From the IMG/VR virus record IMGVR_UViG_3300019487_000017: DNA of 64,000 nucleotides; one strand, given 5' to 3'. The stretch comes from a virus. A program made the translations under genes and the position numbers. Positions 1 through 9,959 of the stretch are shown here, in pieces. How positions within the stretch are numbered: the first letter of the stretch is position 1; each line of letters begins with the position of its first letter. The notes under the pieces are model-generated. The model saw only the letters and a list, made by a program, of their open reading frames with translations. It searched no databases and was not told where the DNA came from.

Positions 1-405
1 GCTTCAGCATCTACTGTTCTCCCGTCTCCTAATGCCCCTCAGTCTTCTAATGTAGCTACGCTGTCTAGCAATACGACAACTGTTACCACAGCAAAAACCA
101 AGAAGAACCAGCCTGTAGATGCAGAAGGACGATTGCCTATTTATGCACCGTTTATCAGCGCATTAGGGTTGAAGACTGGGGATATGGTTGCGGTTTATTC
201 ACAAGATGGTGTATTGACTGATACTTATCTTTCAGTTGAAAAGTATGATGCTTCTGCAACGTCTACGCCTGTTGCAACTTATACAGTCAACCTAGATGGT
301 CGAATTAGAATTGGTGAAGAAATTCTTTCAACTTTTCTTCCTAGTTCTAATGGTGTCTATGTTGTCTCAATTGAGAAAAACGAGATTCAAGTTAAATCCA
401 ATTAA
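1..405 (+). CDS. 5'-truncated protein with AbrB/MraZ-like swapped-hairpin DNA-binding repeats
   Basis: Frame is open from base 1; motifs VDAEGRLPI..LGLKTGDMV and VNLDGRIRIG resemble tandem AbrB/SpoVT repeats. Confidence 0.5.
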   Translation, partial: ASASTVLPSPNAPQSSNVATLSSNTTTVTTAKTKKNQPVDAEGRLPIYAPFISALGLKTGDMVAVYSQDGVLTDTYLSVEKYDASATSTPVATYTVNLDGRIRIGEEILSTFLPSSNGVYVVSIEKNEIQVKSN

Positions 406-430
406 AGAAGTAAAATTGTAAAAATCTCCT

Positions 431-470
431 GCCACTGTGTTTAAGCGAAACTAAACACAGTGGCTTTCTT
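431..470 (+). terminator. Rho-independent terminator
   Basis: gccactgtgttta-gcgaaac-taaacacagtggc hairpin followed by tttctt. Confidence 0.6.
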
Positions 471-488
471 CTTTTATAAGGAAAAACT

Positions 489-779
489 ATGCAATCGCGT
501 TATAATAAGCGAGTGGCAGAAATTAAGAAGTTGCTTCGTGATAATAACATAGATTTCAAATATAAATCATCTGCAAACAATGATATTGAAGACGATACTG
601 CATCATTAACTGATGGAAGCGATATTCATTTGCAAATCGACTCTAGAAATGGTGATTGTATTGCTGTAAATCGTTGTTATAATTTAAATACCCCAAAGTT
701 TTACATGCGTTCTTGGGATATTAATGATAATAGCGAAATTCTTTCTGCAATTGCTCAAGCACGATTAGCAACAACGTAA
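489..779 (+). CDS. hypothetical phage protein
   Basis: 96 aa ORF with AAGGA RBS. Confidence 0.6.
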   Translation: MQSRYNKRVAEIKKLLRDNNIDFKYKSSANNDIEDDTASLTDGSDIHLQIDSRNGDCIAVNRCYNLNTPKFYMRSWDINDNSEILSAIAQARLATT

Positions 780-794
780 ATAAGGAATAACATT

Positions 795-1421
795 ATGGGT
801 TGGCTTTTTACGGATGGTATTCGGCGTTCTCAACTTATCATGGATCGTGTCCGACCTTGGAAAAATGCTATTAGTTTTAACACCGAAACTAATAGCATTG
901 GCTATTTAAATAAGGATGATACTCCTGAATATGAAATTCATACAACCTTCCCAAAGTATTGTTATAGGGGCGGGATTCGGGGTGGTTGCCTTTGGAAGAT
1001 TACAGAACAAAAAGTTATTCGTATAGCAACTCAAGAAGTTGTTCATACTGAGCAATTCATTGCATTGGATTTGTTGCGATACTCTAATTATGAGAATAGG
1101 AAGAGTTGGGGATATAAGGATATGACAGAACATAGCGGACCATACTATTATTCTTGTCCTCTATCCTATTTGAAAGAAGTTCCTTGTCCAGAAAATAAAT
1201 ATGCTAAAGATTGGAGAGAAAAAGTTCTCCAGTTAGCAGAAGAAAAGAAAAATGTCTATAAGCCTCATTTAGGCGAAAAGGTTGAGCTTATAGCAGGATG
1301 CAAAATCCGTTGGGTACAGATTCGTTCTGCAAATAGAAAATTGCTTGGCGTTGGTCCTGATGGAGTCTTGTATCGTGTTAAAAAGACACATATTGTTGGT
1401 CCTTGGAAAGAGATAGCATAG
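795..1421 (+). CDS. DUF6927-like protein
   Basis: MGWLF start and WGYKDMTEHSGPYYYSCP motif typical of this phage/ICE family. Confidence 0.6.
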   Translation: MGWLFTDGIRRSQLIMDRVRPWKNAISFNTETNSIGYLNKDDTPEYEIHTTFPKYCYRGGIRGGCLWKITEQKVIRIATQEVVHTEQFIALDLLRYSNYENRKSWGYKDMTEHSGPYYYSCPLSYLKEVPCPENKYAKDWREKVLQLAEEKKNVYKPHLGEKVELIAGCKIRWVQIRSANRKLLGVGPDGVLYRVKKTHIVGPWKEIA

Positions 1422-1433
1422 GAAAAACAATAT

Positions 1434-1724
1434 ATGTCAGAAGAGAATAATATAGATAGGATGATCGCTGTATTATTAGACAATAACATCCCATCTATAA
1501 CAATTCAGGTGACTCCAGAAACTGCAAAGATAGATTACAATTTAAGCAAAGGAATTTCAGTTCAAGCGTTAGCTGAATTAGCGGCTACCTTAATGAAAGT
1601 TTCTCGCGATGCTTTGCAGTTTATGGAAAAAGATGCAGAAGCTGTTAGCGTATCCAAAGAAGATTTTCAACGTCTTGTTGCTGGATTTCTAAACACAGAA
1701 TCTCCAGAACCACCAGAACGTTAA
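1434..1724 (+). CDS. hypothetical protein
   Basis: ORF with RBS, co-oriented with neighbours. Confidence 0.55.
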   Translation: MSEENNIDRMIAVLLDNNIPSITIQVTPETAKIDYNLSKGISVQALAELAATLMKVSRDALQFMEKDAEAVSVSKEDFQRLVAGFLNTESPEPPER

Positions 1725-1800
1725 AATATTCTCAAAATAAAACTATTGTGGTTTTATTTATATGTGACAAATTATCACTTTATATGAAAGAGGATTTACT

Positions 1801-2151
1801 GTGATTAATGCAATTGCTCCAGAAAATTTGGCTGTTTGCACTGAATTCTCTAAGGATGGAAAGCCTTTGTTTGTATATGCGGCAGAATTTAATTTGCCGT
1901 ATGGGTTGATTTCTGACTCCAGCTGCACTCCGTTACGATGCAATTTGGATGATGAAACAGAAGAACCCTATTGGAGTGGATTTTCTGATGAAGAAGGGGA
2001 TAATCACATCATTATTAACACACCTGAAACAATAGAATCGGATCAGGATTGGATTCGTTTTAGCAGCGTTAACCCTCAGCGCGTTCAAGATTTTATCAAT
2101 GGCATTTGCGCTGTTTTGCATACTTTAAAGGCTCTTACTCCCAAGGAGTAA
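1801..2151 (+). CDS. acidic hypothetical protein
   Basis: GAGGA RBS, GTG start. Confidence 0.55.
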   Translation: MINAIAPENLAVCTEFSKDGKPLFVYAAEFNLPYGLISDSSCTPLRCNLDDETEEPYWSGFSDEEGDNHIIINTPETIESDQDWIRFSSVNPQRVQDFINGICAVLHTLKALTPKE

Positions 2152-2367
2152 TATGTGGTACGGTCTTTTGTGCGAAAACGTTATTGTTGCCACTCGCTTC
2201 TCTAATCAAGAACCTTTGTTGTTTGAATTCGATTATAATTTAGAATCTGGCTATCAATATTCTGTTTGTAAGATTCAAATTATTGTAACAGAAATATTAC
2301 CGCCTCGTGATTAATTTTTCTCCAGAGCATAAAGTAAAATAAAACTCTCTGTAAAGGAGATATAATA

Positions 2368-3132
2368 ATGTCTACGCCATGCTTTGTTGCTATTCAACGA
2401 GATAATGGGGAATATGGTTCTGTAGTTATTCATTCCGATGGCTATGGAACATATATGGGACCAATGCTTTTGAAGCATTATATAGATCCTGATAAAATTG
2501 AACGTCTTATTGAATTGAAAGATGTTTCAGTTTTTCGAGAACATATCGGACGTAAACATTACTTCCATGATATTATGATGCAGCATAAAATTCCCTGGGA
2601 TATCCAACCACAGAATATTTTTGGTTGGACTACCTTCTATGGAAGGGATAGGGGAGAAAATGTTTCAAACATGAATGAATCCAAATGGAACTCATATACT
2701 GAGTTGATGCGGTTTGCTATGAGCTGGCATACATGGATTTATGTTTTTACTTTGCAGAATGAATGGAAGTTTATCAAGATTGATAATAATATTCCAATTC
2801 CTGCCTTATCATCTTTTAAGAAGTTGAATTTTGAAAACATCTTAAAGGATGAAATTAACCGCGTGACCCCTGAATATAAAAATAGCGTCATTGTATCTTT
2901 ATCTATTGAACTAGGAATTGATAAGAAATCAGTTCTAAAATATGTCAATAGTTCTGATTATAATAAGGAATTAAAGAAGATAAATGATGGACAAAAGCGG
3001 AGAGATAAGGAACAAAAAAAGGAACTAAAGAAAGCGAAAACAGAGGTTGATTATGACCCATCGAATATGCCTTTTATCTTATATGAAACTTTGGAGCAAA
3101 CCAAAGTTGCTTATGCTAAGAGTGGATTCTAA
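2368..3132 (+). CDS. conserved phage hypothetical protein (HxDGY family)
   Basis: MST..IHSDGY..MGPMLLKHY motif common in early phage genes; AAGGAG RBS. Confidence 0.6.
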   Translation: MSTPCFVAIQRDNGEYGSVVIHSDGYGTYMGPMLLKHYIDPDKIERLIELKDVSVFREHIGRKHYFHDIMMQHKIPWDIQPQNIFGWTTFYGRDRGENVSNMNESKWNSYTELMRFAMSWHTWIYVFTLQNEWKFIKIDNNIPIPALSSFKKLNFENILKDEINRVTPEYKNSVIVSLSIELGIDKKSVLKYVNSSDYNKELKKINDGQKRRDKEQKKELKKAKTEVDYDPSNMPFILYETLEQTKVAYAKSGF

Positions 3133-3199
3133 CTCCTGAAATTTTTGCTGACGAAAAGAATTGATGTAATAAACAAATCTCTTACACAAGGAGTTACTT

Positions 3200-3922
3200 A
3201 TGTCTCTGGCAACAGAGTTGGAAGTTCGTTCCATGCAAATCCCGTCAGAATATAAGGCAACGGATACATTCCGTCCTTTGTCTCACGGCGAAGTTTTGGA
3301 CCTTATCCAAAATGCGTTGTTTGCTTGCGGTCTTGATATCGCTCGCGATGACAATGGAACGTTGCGAAAGCGGTTTACGATTATCGATGGTGGCGCAAAG
3401 ATGTACGGAACTCTTCCGCTGACACAGCGCATTGACAACGATTCTCGTCTCATGGTTGGCTTTGCCAATTCTTGGAACAAGACTCTTGCACTGCGACTTG
3501 GTTTCGGTAGCGAAGTGTTTGTTTGTACCAATGGCTGTTTCTTTGCTGAAAAGGTTATTGGTCGAAAGCATACGCAGAACATTATTGACGACCTCCCGAA
3601 CCTTATCGCTACCGCATTGTCTCAAACGAAGACTTATGTTGAACAGCAAGGTAAGTTCTTCGGTCGCTTGCGAGACGTTCAGTTGAATGATAAGGATGTT
3701 TCGCATTTTGTTGTCCAGTCTGCAATGAAGTATGAATGCATTACTGGCGGCGAAATTATTGACGTTATCTCTGAATGGCGAACTCCGCGATTTGCTGAAT
3801 TTGAACCGCGTACCGCTTGGTCGCTTCATAATGCTTACACTGAGGTTGGCAAGCGAATTCAGGCAAAGAATGGTACAATCCATTCAGAACGTATGGTTCG
3901 TATGTCAACCATGTTTGTTTAG
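3200..3922 (+). CDS. DUF932/DUF945-like protein
   Basis: ANSWNKTLALRLGFG..VFVCTNG..RKHT and TAWSLHNAYTE motifs. Confidence 0.7.
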   Translation: MSLATELEVRSMQIPSEYKATDTFRPLSHGEVLDLIQNALFACGLDIARDDNGTLRKRFTIIDGGAKMYGTLPLTQRIDNDSRLMVGFANSWNKTLALRLGFGSEVFVCTNGCFFAEKVIGRKHTQNIIDDLPNLIATALSQTKTYVEQQGKFFGRLRDVQLNDKDVSHFVVQSAMKYECITGGEIIDVISEWRTPRFAEFEPRTAWSLHNAYTEVGKRIQAKNGTIHSERMVRMSTMFV

Positions 3923-4532
3923 ACTTTTGCTACTGACCTCCAGTTGGCAACAAGTTTGAACCAACCTGTTGTTGATGCAGCAGTTGTTCAGTAAATTTAA
4001 CATCGAGGGACAGGGGCTGGGGATTGCTTCACCCAGCTTCTGTCCTTTAAGGAGTATAGTATGATAATTTCTGAACTACCCCATGTTGAAGAATTCTCCA
4101 GGATTGATGGTATAAAACTTTGGGGTAGGGGGATTTACTGGAGGATTAGATACATTATATACCGCACATGGGCTTTTGAATTTGAACAATCAACATGTGC
4201 TGCTTATGATGCCTTCAATGACCCAGAATGGGAAAAAGGCAGAAGAATGCAGGGCAACGTTTAAGAGAAGCTGTTTAGATTTGCCAAAAAATACGGCAGA
4301 TAAAATTTATGCTGTTGTTGAAATTCGTCCATCTGTATCTTTTGAAAAACATGCCGGGGGAGCATGTACAATGCCTGATGAGCAGAATTTTTACGCATGA
4401 TGAAGTTTTGATTAATATGTACCAGCTTGATTTTGATAATAGGGAACCAATTGTAGGTTCTGTAATAGAACATTATCATTTCCCGTTAGAGGGAAGAATT
4501 CACGAATATATCGATATTTTTAGGAAGATGAA

Positions 4533-4778
4533 ATGAAACAGATTACTACAGCAAAGGATCTGGTCGATCTCCTGTTTTTACGCAAGTATTCTGTTGAACT
4601 CCAAAACCTCATTTTCAAAATCAAAAATCTAGCAGAAAATTTGCAAGATGATGAAGTTGTAAGTCAATGCTGGAAACTTGATGAAGAGTTTGCTCAAATT
4701 GGCAAACGTTATAGAAACGCTATGCCTAAAGAACATATTAGTGGAGTGGAAGAAGAAAAGAAACGTCGGGGATATTAA
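4533..4778 (+). CDS. hypothetical protein
   Basis: ORF in co-oriented block. Confidence 0.5.
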   Translation: MKQITTAKDLVDLLFLRKYSVELQNLIFKIKNLAENLQDDEVVSQCWKLDEEFAQIGKRYRNAMPKEHISGVEEEKKRRGY

Positions 4779-4965
4779 AAAAAACTCCAAAAAGAAAAGT
4801 GTATAATCATGCAATTTGATGTTTTGATTATTGCTCGTGATGGTAAGTGTTTTGTTACTAAACGAGTTACCTCCAGCAATGAGGCAGACTTAGACATGGC
4901 ATTGAACGATTTAACCAATAGTGGTTACGTTATTTTTACAGTTGTCAAGGCTTAAAGGAGATACT

Positions 4966-5172
4966 ATGAGCCAGTTTGCAAGAGAACAACGGGAAAAGTT
5001 TTTGAATCGAAAGAAAAATAACAGTCAAACTGGCGCTGTTTTAGTTTTTAAGCCTGATATTTCTGTTGAGGAAGCAAAGCGTGTTATCGAGGTAATTGCA
5101 CCTTATTTGGATTCGGGAACAATAAAAGAGTTTGACCCTGATATCGGTTATCCAGTTTTCTATGTTCCATAG
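4966..5172 (+). CDS. hypothetical protein
   Basis: AAGGAG RBS before ATG (MSQFARE) inside track ORF 4921..5172. Confidence 0.55.
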   Translation: MSQFAREQREKFLNRKKNNSQTGAVLVFKPDISVEEAKRVIEVIAPYLDSGTIKEFDPDIGYPVFYVP

Positions 5173-5184
5173 GAAAGTATTGTC

Positions 5185-5412
5185 ATGCTTAATACAGTAA
5201 GGGAAATCCGTAAGGCTATTAGAGATAATTTGAATTGTAGAGGGGGTGGGGTTTATCTTGCATATCGTAATCTTTCTGAAGATTATTTTAAGCCTTTAAC
5301 AGCATCAAGACTAATGGATGCGAAAACGGTTAAAGGGCAACTTAAAGTACAACTCCTGGAAACTGGTTGTTGGGAAACAATAAGAGAAGGGGATAAAATA
5401 GAGGTAAGATAA
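5185..5412 (+). CDS. hypothetical protein
   Basis: ORF whose stop overlaps the next start. Confidence 0.55.
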   Translation: MLNTVREIRKAIRDNLNCRGGGVYLAYRNLSEDYFKPLTASRLMDAKTVKGQLKVQLLETGCWETIREGDKIEVR

Positions 5413-5684
5413 TGAAAATCAAACTTATCCAACCTGATAATGCTCCTAACTTTTGTTTTGTAGTTCTGAAACAAGTGACTATTGGTAAAAAAGGGAATTT
5501 ACTTAAAAAACCTTTCTTTCCAGATTACAATCATTCTGAATATGAAGAACACTCTACATTCATTCAATCTGACTGGGAGTATCCAGGAACGGCTAGTAAA
5601 TTTGGTTGGGTAGGGGAAGATTCTGATTTATCTGGCGCATATCAGTTTCTATGCGATAATGTTGGTAAAATTGTTGAAGAGTAG
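5412..5684 (+). CDS. hypothetical protein
   Basis: TAATG coupling to previous ORF. Confidence 0.55.
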   Translation: MKIKLIQPDNAPNFCFVVLKQVTIGKKGNLLKKPFFPDYNHSEYEEHSTFIQSDWEYPGTASKFGWVGEDSDLSGAYQFLCDNVGKIVEE

Positions 5685-5689
5685 ATATT

Positions 5690-5905
5690 ATGACAAAAAT
5701 TAAACAATTGATGCAGATTGAGGGATTTGAGAATCTGAACGATTTCATTGAGGAACGAGCAGATGATTCCATTGTTCCTGGTATTTGCACGAATGTTGAA
5801 TGTAATTATACTACCGAAGTTGAACCAGACTGTAGGGAAGGCTATTGTGAAGAGTGTAAAACACAATCGGTTAAATCAGCACTTGTCCTATTAGGCATAA
5901 TGTAG
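5690..5905 (+). CDS. small Cys-rich (zinc-ribbon-like) protein
   Basis: CTNVEC..EVEPD..YCEEC motif. Confidence 0.6.
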   Translation: MTKIKQLMQIEGFENLNDFIEERADDSIVPGICTNVECNYTTEVEPDCREGYCEECKTQSVKSALVLLGIM

Positions 5906-5915
5906 AGGTATTAAA

Positions 5916-6242
5916 ATGAAATCTTTAGATACCATTTATCAAGGTGTTCGTCTTGGCGAAACAACTGCTGATGAAAATGAAATTACGGTAAATGGTAAAG
6001 AACTAAAACTTAAGCCTTCACTAAAATTGCGTAATCATTCTCCCACTGGATTTAATTGGGGATATGAAGGTTCCGGTTGCGCGCAGTTAGCATTAGCAAT
6101 TCTGTATGATTTTACAGGGGACAAAGAATTGTCTCTCCAGCACTATCAAGATTTCAAAAGAGCATTCATTGCTCCAATTTCAAAGAGCATCTGGCATATT
6201 ACTGGTAATCAAATAACCCATTGGCTTGAATCTCAAAAGTAG
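5916..6242 (+). CDS. DUF6166-like protein
   Basis: NHSPTGFNWGYEGSGCAQLALAIL..YQDFK signature. Confidence 0.75.
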   Translation: MKSLDTIYQGVRLGETTADENEITVNGKELKLKPSLKLRNHSPTGFNWGYEGSGCAQLALAILYDFTGDKELSLQHYQDFKRAFIAPISKSIWHITGNQITHWLESQK

Positions 6243-6247
6243 GTAAC

Positions 6248-6550
6248 ATGGCTAAGAAAATTCCTGTTTGCGGTAATCCTGATTGCGCTTGTTCTACTGG
6301 AATTCATGATGGTTTAACGTTTGGATCAGGGGAACTTGATTCTAATGGTTATTGGGAATTCCCTTGTAGAGTTTGTGCTGAAGCATGGGATAAACTTTTG
6401 CCAGAGAGAAAACAAAAAGAAATAGATGAATATAAGGCTAAACATCCTAATGCTACTCCAGAAGAAATTGCAGAACATATGAGATGGCATGCAGATTATT
6501 TACAGCCTGCTTGGCCTTATGCCAAGAAAGAAAAACTTCAAAACACATAA
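6248..6550 (+). CDS. Cys-rich hypothetical protein
   Basis: CGNPDCAC..CRVC. Confidence 0.55.
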   Translation: MAKKIPVCGNPDCACSTGIHDGLTFGSGELDSNGYWEFPCRVCAEAWDKLLPERKQKEIDEYKAKHPNATPEEIAEHMRWHADYLQPAWPYAKKEKLQNT

Positions 6551-6660
6551 GTTTATCAGAACAAAATATAATAGCATTAATGCTTCCCTAAAAAAGGGAA
6601 GCATTTTTATTTCTCCTGCAAAAACAACTGAATAGAAAGACAATTGAAAGGAAATTAGAT

Positions 6661-7020
6661 ATGTTGATTAAAGATAGTACAAACACTTTTCGAGAATGCG
6701 GTAGGTTTTTTGACTGTAGTACAAGTCATATTACTGAAGAGGATAACCGCCTTCTGATGAATGAATCTTGGGCGCAAGATACGTCTTCACCAGACCATAC
6801 AACTTTCACAATTATATCTTATGGGTATAAAGGTGGATTTTTCATTTATGTTTCAGCAAGTATCCCCTTTGTTGAATCCCTGCAAGAGGATATGCAGAAA
6901 ATGGGATACAGTGATAATCTCTATAAATTGATGCTGAAAGCGGCAGAGCTTGAATGCACATTCCTGCGTTTAGATGCCGATGGCATGAAATATGATGATT
7001 TTGAGCGATTTAATTGGTAA
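6661..7020 (+). CDS. DUF5983-like protein
   Basis: STSHITEED..GFFI..FLRLDADG pattern. Confidence 0.6.
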   Translation: MLIKDSTNTFRECGRFFDCSTSHITEEDNRLLMNESWAQDTSSPDHTTFTIISYGYKGGFFIYVSASIPFVESLQEDMQKMGYSDNLYKLMLKAAELECTFLRLDADGMKYDDFERFNW

Positions 7021-7118
7021 TTTAGAGATACATACACAATAATGTATGTTATCTCCTGATTTATTTCTTTCAGTAAACGTAATCATACAATTTAATCTCA
7101 TAGAAAGGAGATTGTTAT

Positions 7119-7877
7119 ATGCGTAAGAGTAAGGGTTTTTCACTTGTAGAATTGCTTGTTGTGATGGGAATCATCTCATTGCTTATTTCCATCCTCCTGC
7201 CCAGTATTTCTCGATCACGAGAATCAGCACGATCCGTTAAGTGCCTGAGTAACCTGCGACAAATTGGACAGGCAACTCAGATGTACTTGCATGAAAATAA
7301 GGGTAGTTTCTTCCTTCGAGCGTTGAATGATGGTCCCAATCCTGATGATAATTATGCAACACTATTCAGGTTTGTTGGGTCTCCAGGTGAAAATCCTTAT
7401 AATGGTAACGCAAACCCTTATAAGTTCGGGGGTAACAAACGATATCTTAACCAGTATTTGAATACCAGCGATACTAACGATCAGGCTGTTTGGATTTGTC
7501 CTACTGACCCTGGTTTGTATAAGTTTACTGGTACATCATATGGTGCCAATCTTTTTGTCAAGAAGACTGCCACTGAACCTGATGTTAAAGGTCTTGCCTT
7601 AGATGATTTGCAGTCTATTAAAGTGACACAAATTAAGAACTCTTCGTCGTTTGTAGTTGCTGCTGAACATGGCGCTAATCAGCTTGCTTGGCTTAATGGT
7701 GGTAGTACGAATGAGCTGGGTAAGATTTCTGGGGTTCAGGTATTAACTCCCGCTGCTATGTTTTGGCACTCTAAGAGTCGTACATGGAATGTGCTTTTTG
7801 CAGATGGTCATTGTGGTGCTGTCGATATTAAAGCAAGCACTTTGTCAACATCTGAATATACTTATAACCGAGAATAA
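7119..7877 (+). CDS. prepilin-type N-terminal cleavage/methylation protein with DUF1559-like body and H-X9-DG C-terminal motif
   Basis: KGFSLVELLVVMGIISLLISILLPSISRSRESARSVKCLSNLRQIG; CPTD; WHSKSRTWNVLFADGH. Confidence 0.92.
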   Translation: MRKSKGFSLVELLVVMGIISLLISILLPSISRSRESARSVKCLSNLRQIGQATQMYLHENKGSFFLRALNDGPNPDDNYATLFRFVGSPGENPYNGNANPYKFGGNKRYLNQYLNTSDTNDQAVWICPTDPGLYKFTGTSYGANLFVKKTATEPDVKGLALDDLQSIKVTQIKNSSSFVVAAEHGANQLAWLNGGSTNELGKISGVQVLTPAAMFWHSKSRTWNVLFADGHCGAVDIKASTLSTSEYTYNRE

Positions 7878-7879
7878 AT

Positions 7880-8101
7880 ATGGAAACGATAAAATATTGG
7901 TTTGATATGATAATCCTATTCTTTTCTTCTGTCTTTGAAGAAATTGCAAAGAAATTAGGATTAGAAGAGAAATACGAAAATTTTAAGTATTGGCTTGATG
8001 GGGATCCCTCCAGAAAGCGTATTGTTGCGGCTGTAATATTGTTCTTTATTTCTCTTTTAGTTTGGATATGGTATTGGTTCTCTGAAATGCCAGACTTATA
8101 A
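7880..8101 (+). CDS. small membrane protein
   Basis: C-terminal hydrophobic helix. Confidence 0.5.
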   Translation: METIKYWFDMIILFFSSVFEEIAKKLGLEEKYENFKYWLDGDPSRKRIVAAVILFFISLLVWIWYWFSEMPDL

Positions 8102-8110
8102 GGGTATATA

Positions 8111-8368
8111 ATGAACAAGTATGTTTGTCGAGCTGAAGCGAGCATTGACGCTGTAAACCTATTTACACAGCTTATTGCAGTTGTACCTCATAGTTTTTCT
8201 TATAAAGCACTTAGTCATCCTATCCCAGGTGGTGGTAAGGTTGAGTTTGAAACAAAAGCTACCTTGGAACAAGTGCGAGAGCTGGTTGCTAATGTAATTG
8301 ATGGTCATGTGATGGTTGAAACATTGCAACCAGCTCACAAATATACAGGCGAACGTATTTCCTCCTGA
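8111..8368 (+). CDS. conserved hypothetical protein
   Basis: RAE..DGHVMVETLQP..YTGER motif. Confidence 0.55.
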   Translation: MNKYVCRAEASIDAVNLFTQLIAVVPHSFSYKALSHPIPGGGKVEFETKATLEQVRELVANVIDGHVMVETLQPAHKYTGERISS

Positions 8369-8406
8369 AGATAATTTCTAGGTATAAATTTTAGAAAGGA
8401 TATTTT

Positions 8407-8622
8407 ATGACCATTAAGATTCTGTCTGATTTAGAATGGGAAGTTGTTGATTCTTTTGATGAAGATAATGAAGTTGCTTTCTCCCATAATGAAGTTATTA
8501 AAGCGAGTGAAGTTTTTGATGTTGATTTAATCCATAATAACGATGATACTGTAAATTTGCAATTTGAGGATGGTTCTATGGTATTTAATATTCCCAAGTC
8601 TGCATATGAAGTTTGCTCCTGA
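8407..8622 (+). CDS. acidic hypothetical protein
   Basis: AAGGA RBS; D/E-rich. Confidence 0.55.
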   Translation: MTIKILSDLEWEVVDSFDEDNEVAFSHNEVIKASEVFDVDLIHNNDDTVNLQFEDGSMVFNIPKSAYEVCS

Positions 8623-8648
8623 AAATAATCTGCAAATAAAGAGCAAAC

Positions 8649-9074
8649 ATGAATACCAAACAATTCATCTTTGCTGGTAATGCCATTTGGACCATTGACA
8701 ACGGTAAAGGTGAGCATTTCACCTTTAAGGTTATCAAACCCGATGAAGGTACTCCTTTTGAGAGACTTGGCATTTACTTTGTATATGTTTTGAATGGACC
8801 TGATAATACAAAGAATTACGCCTATATGGGCGTTTTTGACACAGTAAATATGTCGCTTAGTACGACAAAAGGTAGCAAAGTTTTTGAGTCTGCTAAATCT
8901 TGGAAAGTTGCGTACTGGGCATTAAATATGGTTTCAAGAGAAATGCCATTTCCTCCTGGATATAGAATTCATCATGAAGGTAAATGCGGAAGATGTGGAA
9001 GAAAATTAACTGTTCCATCTTCTGTCATTTCAGGAATTGGTCCTGAATGTGCCTCAATAATGGGTATCGCATAA
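8649..9074 (+). CDS. DUF6011-like zinc-finger protein
   Basis: C-terminal CGRCGRKLTVPSSVISGIGPECA. Confidence 0.75.
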   Translation: MNTKQFIFAGNAIWTIDNGKGEHFTFKVIKPDEGTPFERLGIYFVYVLNGPDNTKNYAYMGVFDTVNMSLSTTKGSKVFESAKSWKVAYWALNMVSREMPFPPGYRIHHEGKCGRCGRKLTVPSSVISGIGPECASIMGIA

Positions 9075-9087
9075 TAGGAATAAAAAT

Positions 9088-9501
9088 ATGGAAGATACAT
9101 TTGGGGAATTCCGTAAAACACTTGAATTAGCTCTTGCGGCAGCAAAAATTTCTCCCGCAGAAATAAAAGAAGATCGAGAATCCTACTCGCTTAGCGTAGG
9201 AGAATATTCAATCTGTAGAACAGAACAGATTGTTGAAACATCAACTGGCTCATCTGTTTTATACAAATGGCTTGTATCCAAGGAAATCTATTATCCTGGG
9301 GTTCGCTATTACAAGGATGGTTCTGGTGAACCACCGTCAACTGATGTAGCAGATATTGAACAATATGATTTCTATGGTCAAGCAATTGTTAGAATGATTC
9401 AAGAGATAGTTTCAGATTATGTGAATGTGGCTCTTGAAAACTATGCTTTAGAGAAAGAATTTACTTCCACTGCAATCTCTCCAGAACAAGTGGAAATCTG
9501 A
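9088..9501 (+). CDS. hypothetical protein
   Basis: ORF with RBS. Confidence 0.55.
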   Translation: MEDTFGEFRKTLELALAAAKISPAEIKEDRESYSLSVGEYSICRTEQIVETSTGSSVLYKWLVSKEIYYPGVRYYKDGSGEPPSTDVADIEQYDFYGQAIVRMIQEIVSDYVNVALENYALEKEFTSTAISPEQVEI

Positions 9502-9586
9502 CACATAAGTGTCAATAATAGATAACAGTTAGTAGCATAATGTATTGCTGCTTTGTAATATAACTTCTTAATATAGGAGAATTTAG

Positions 9587-9949
9587 ATGTCGTCCCTTCA
9601 TACCCAAGGTAATTATTTTCCAGCACGTTATAGTTCTGAACCACCTTATATCTCTTTTCTTAAAGAGGTTTGCAATAATTTGGTGAATGAATTGCAACGG
9701 TCGGAAATTGATGGTCATATTTCTTGGGAAGTTAAGCAACTGCATAATACGTTTACTTGTGTTGAATTGCGGTACATTGACAATCATGAGCCTGACAATG
9801 TTTCCGTTTTTCAGTTTTATGCTGTCCCTCGTTATTTCAATAAGTTTGAAGAGCCTCGTAACATGATTAAGTTCAAGAGAATGGATTCAGAAGCAACCTT
9901 TGTTGTTGAAGCGAATCCAGCTGTTCTCCTGGCTATTGTTACATTTTAA
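9587..9949 (+). CDS. hypothetical protein
   Basis: AGGAG RBS. Confidence 0.55.
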   Translation: MSSLHTQGNYFPARYSSEPPYISFLKEVCNNLVNELQRSEIDGHISWEVKQLHNTFTCVELRYIDNHEPDNVSVFQFYAVPRYFNKFEEPRNMIKFKRMDSEATFVVEANPAVLLAIVTF

Positions 9950-9959
9950 TCCGTATATT

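Noticed and set aside
3245-3883. Long antisense/overlapping ORFs (also 15650..16111, 59187..59564)
   Set aside because: Shadows of well-supported genes, with no RBS or recognisable motifs
4061-4400. Programmed frameshift joining ORFs 4061 and 4176
   Set aside because: A single-base indel in an A run explains it equally well, and no stimulatory structure is visible
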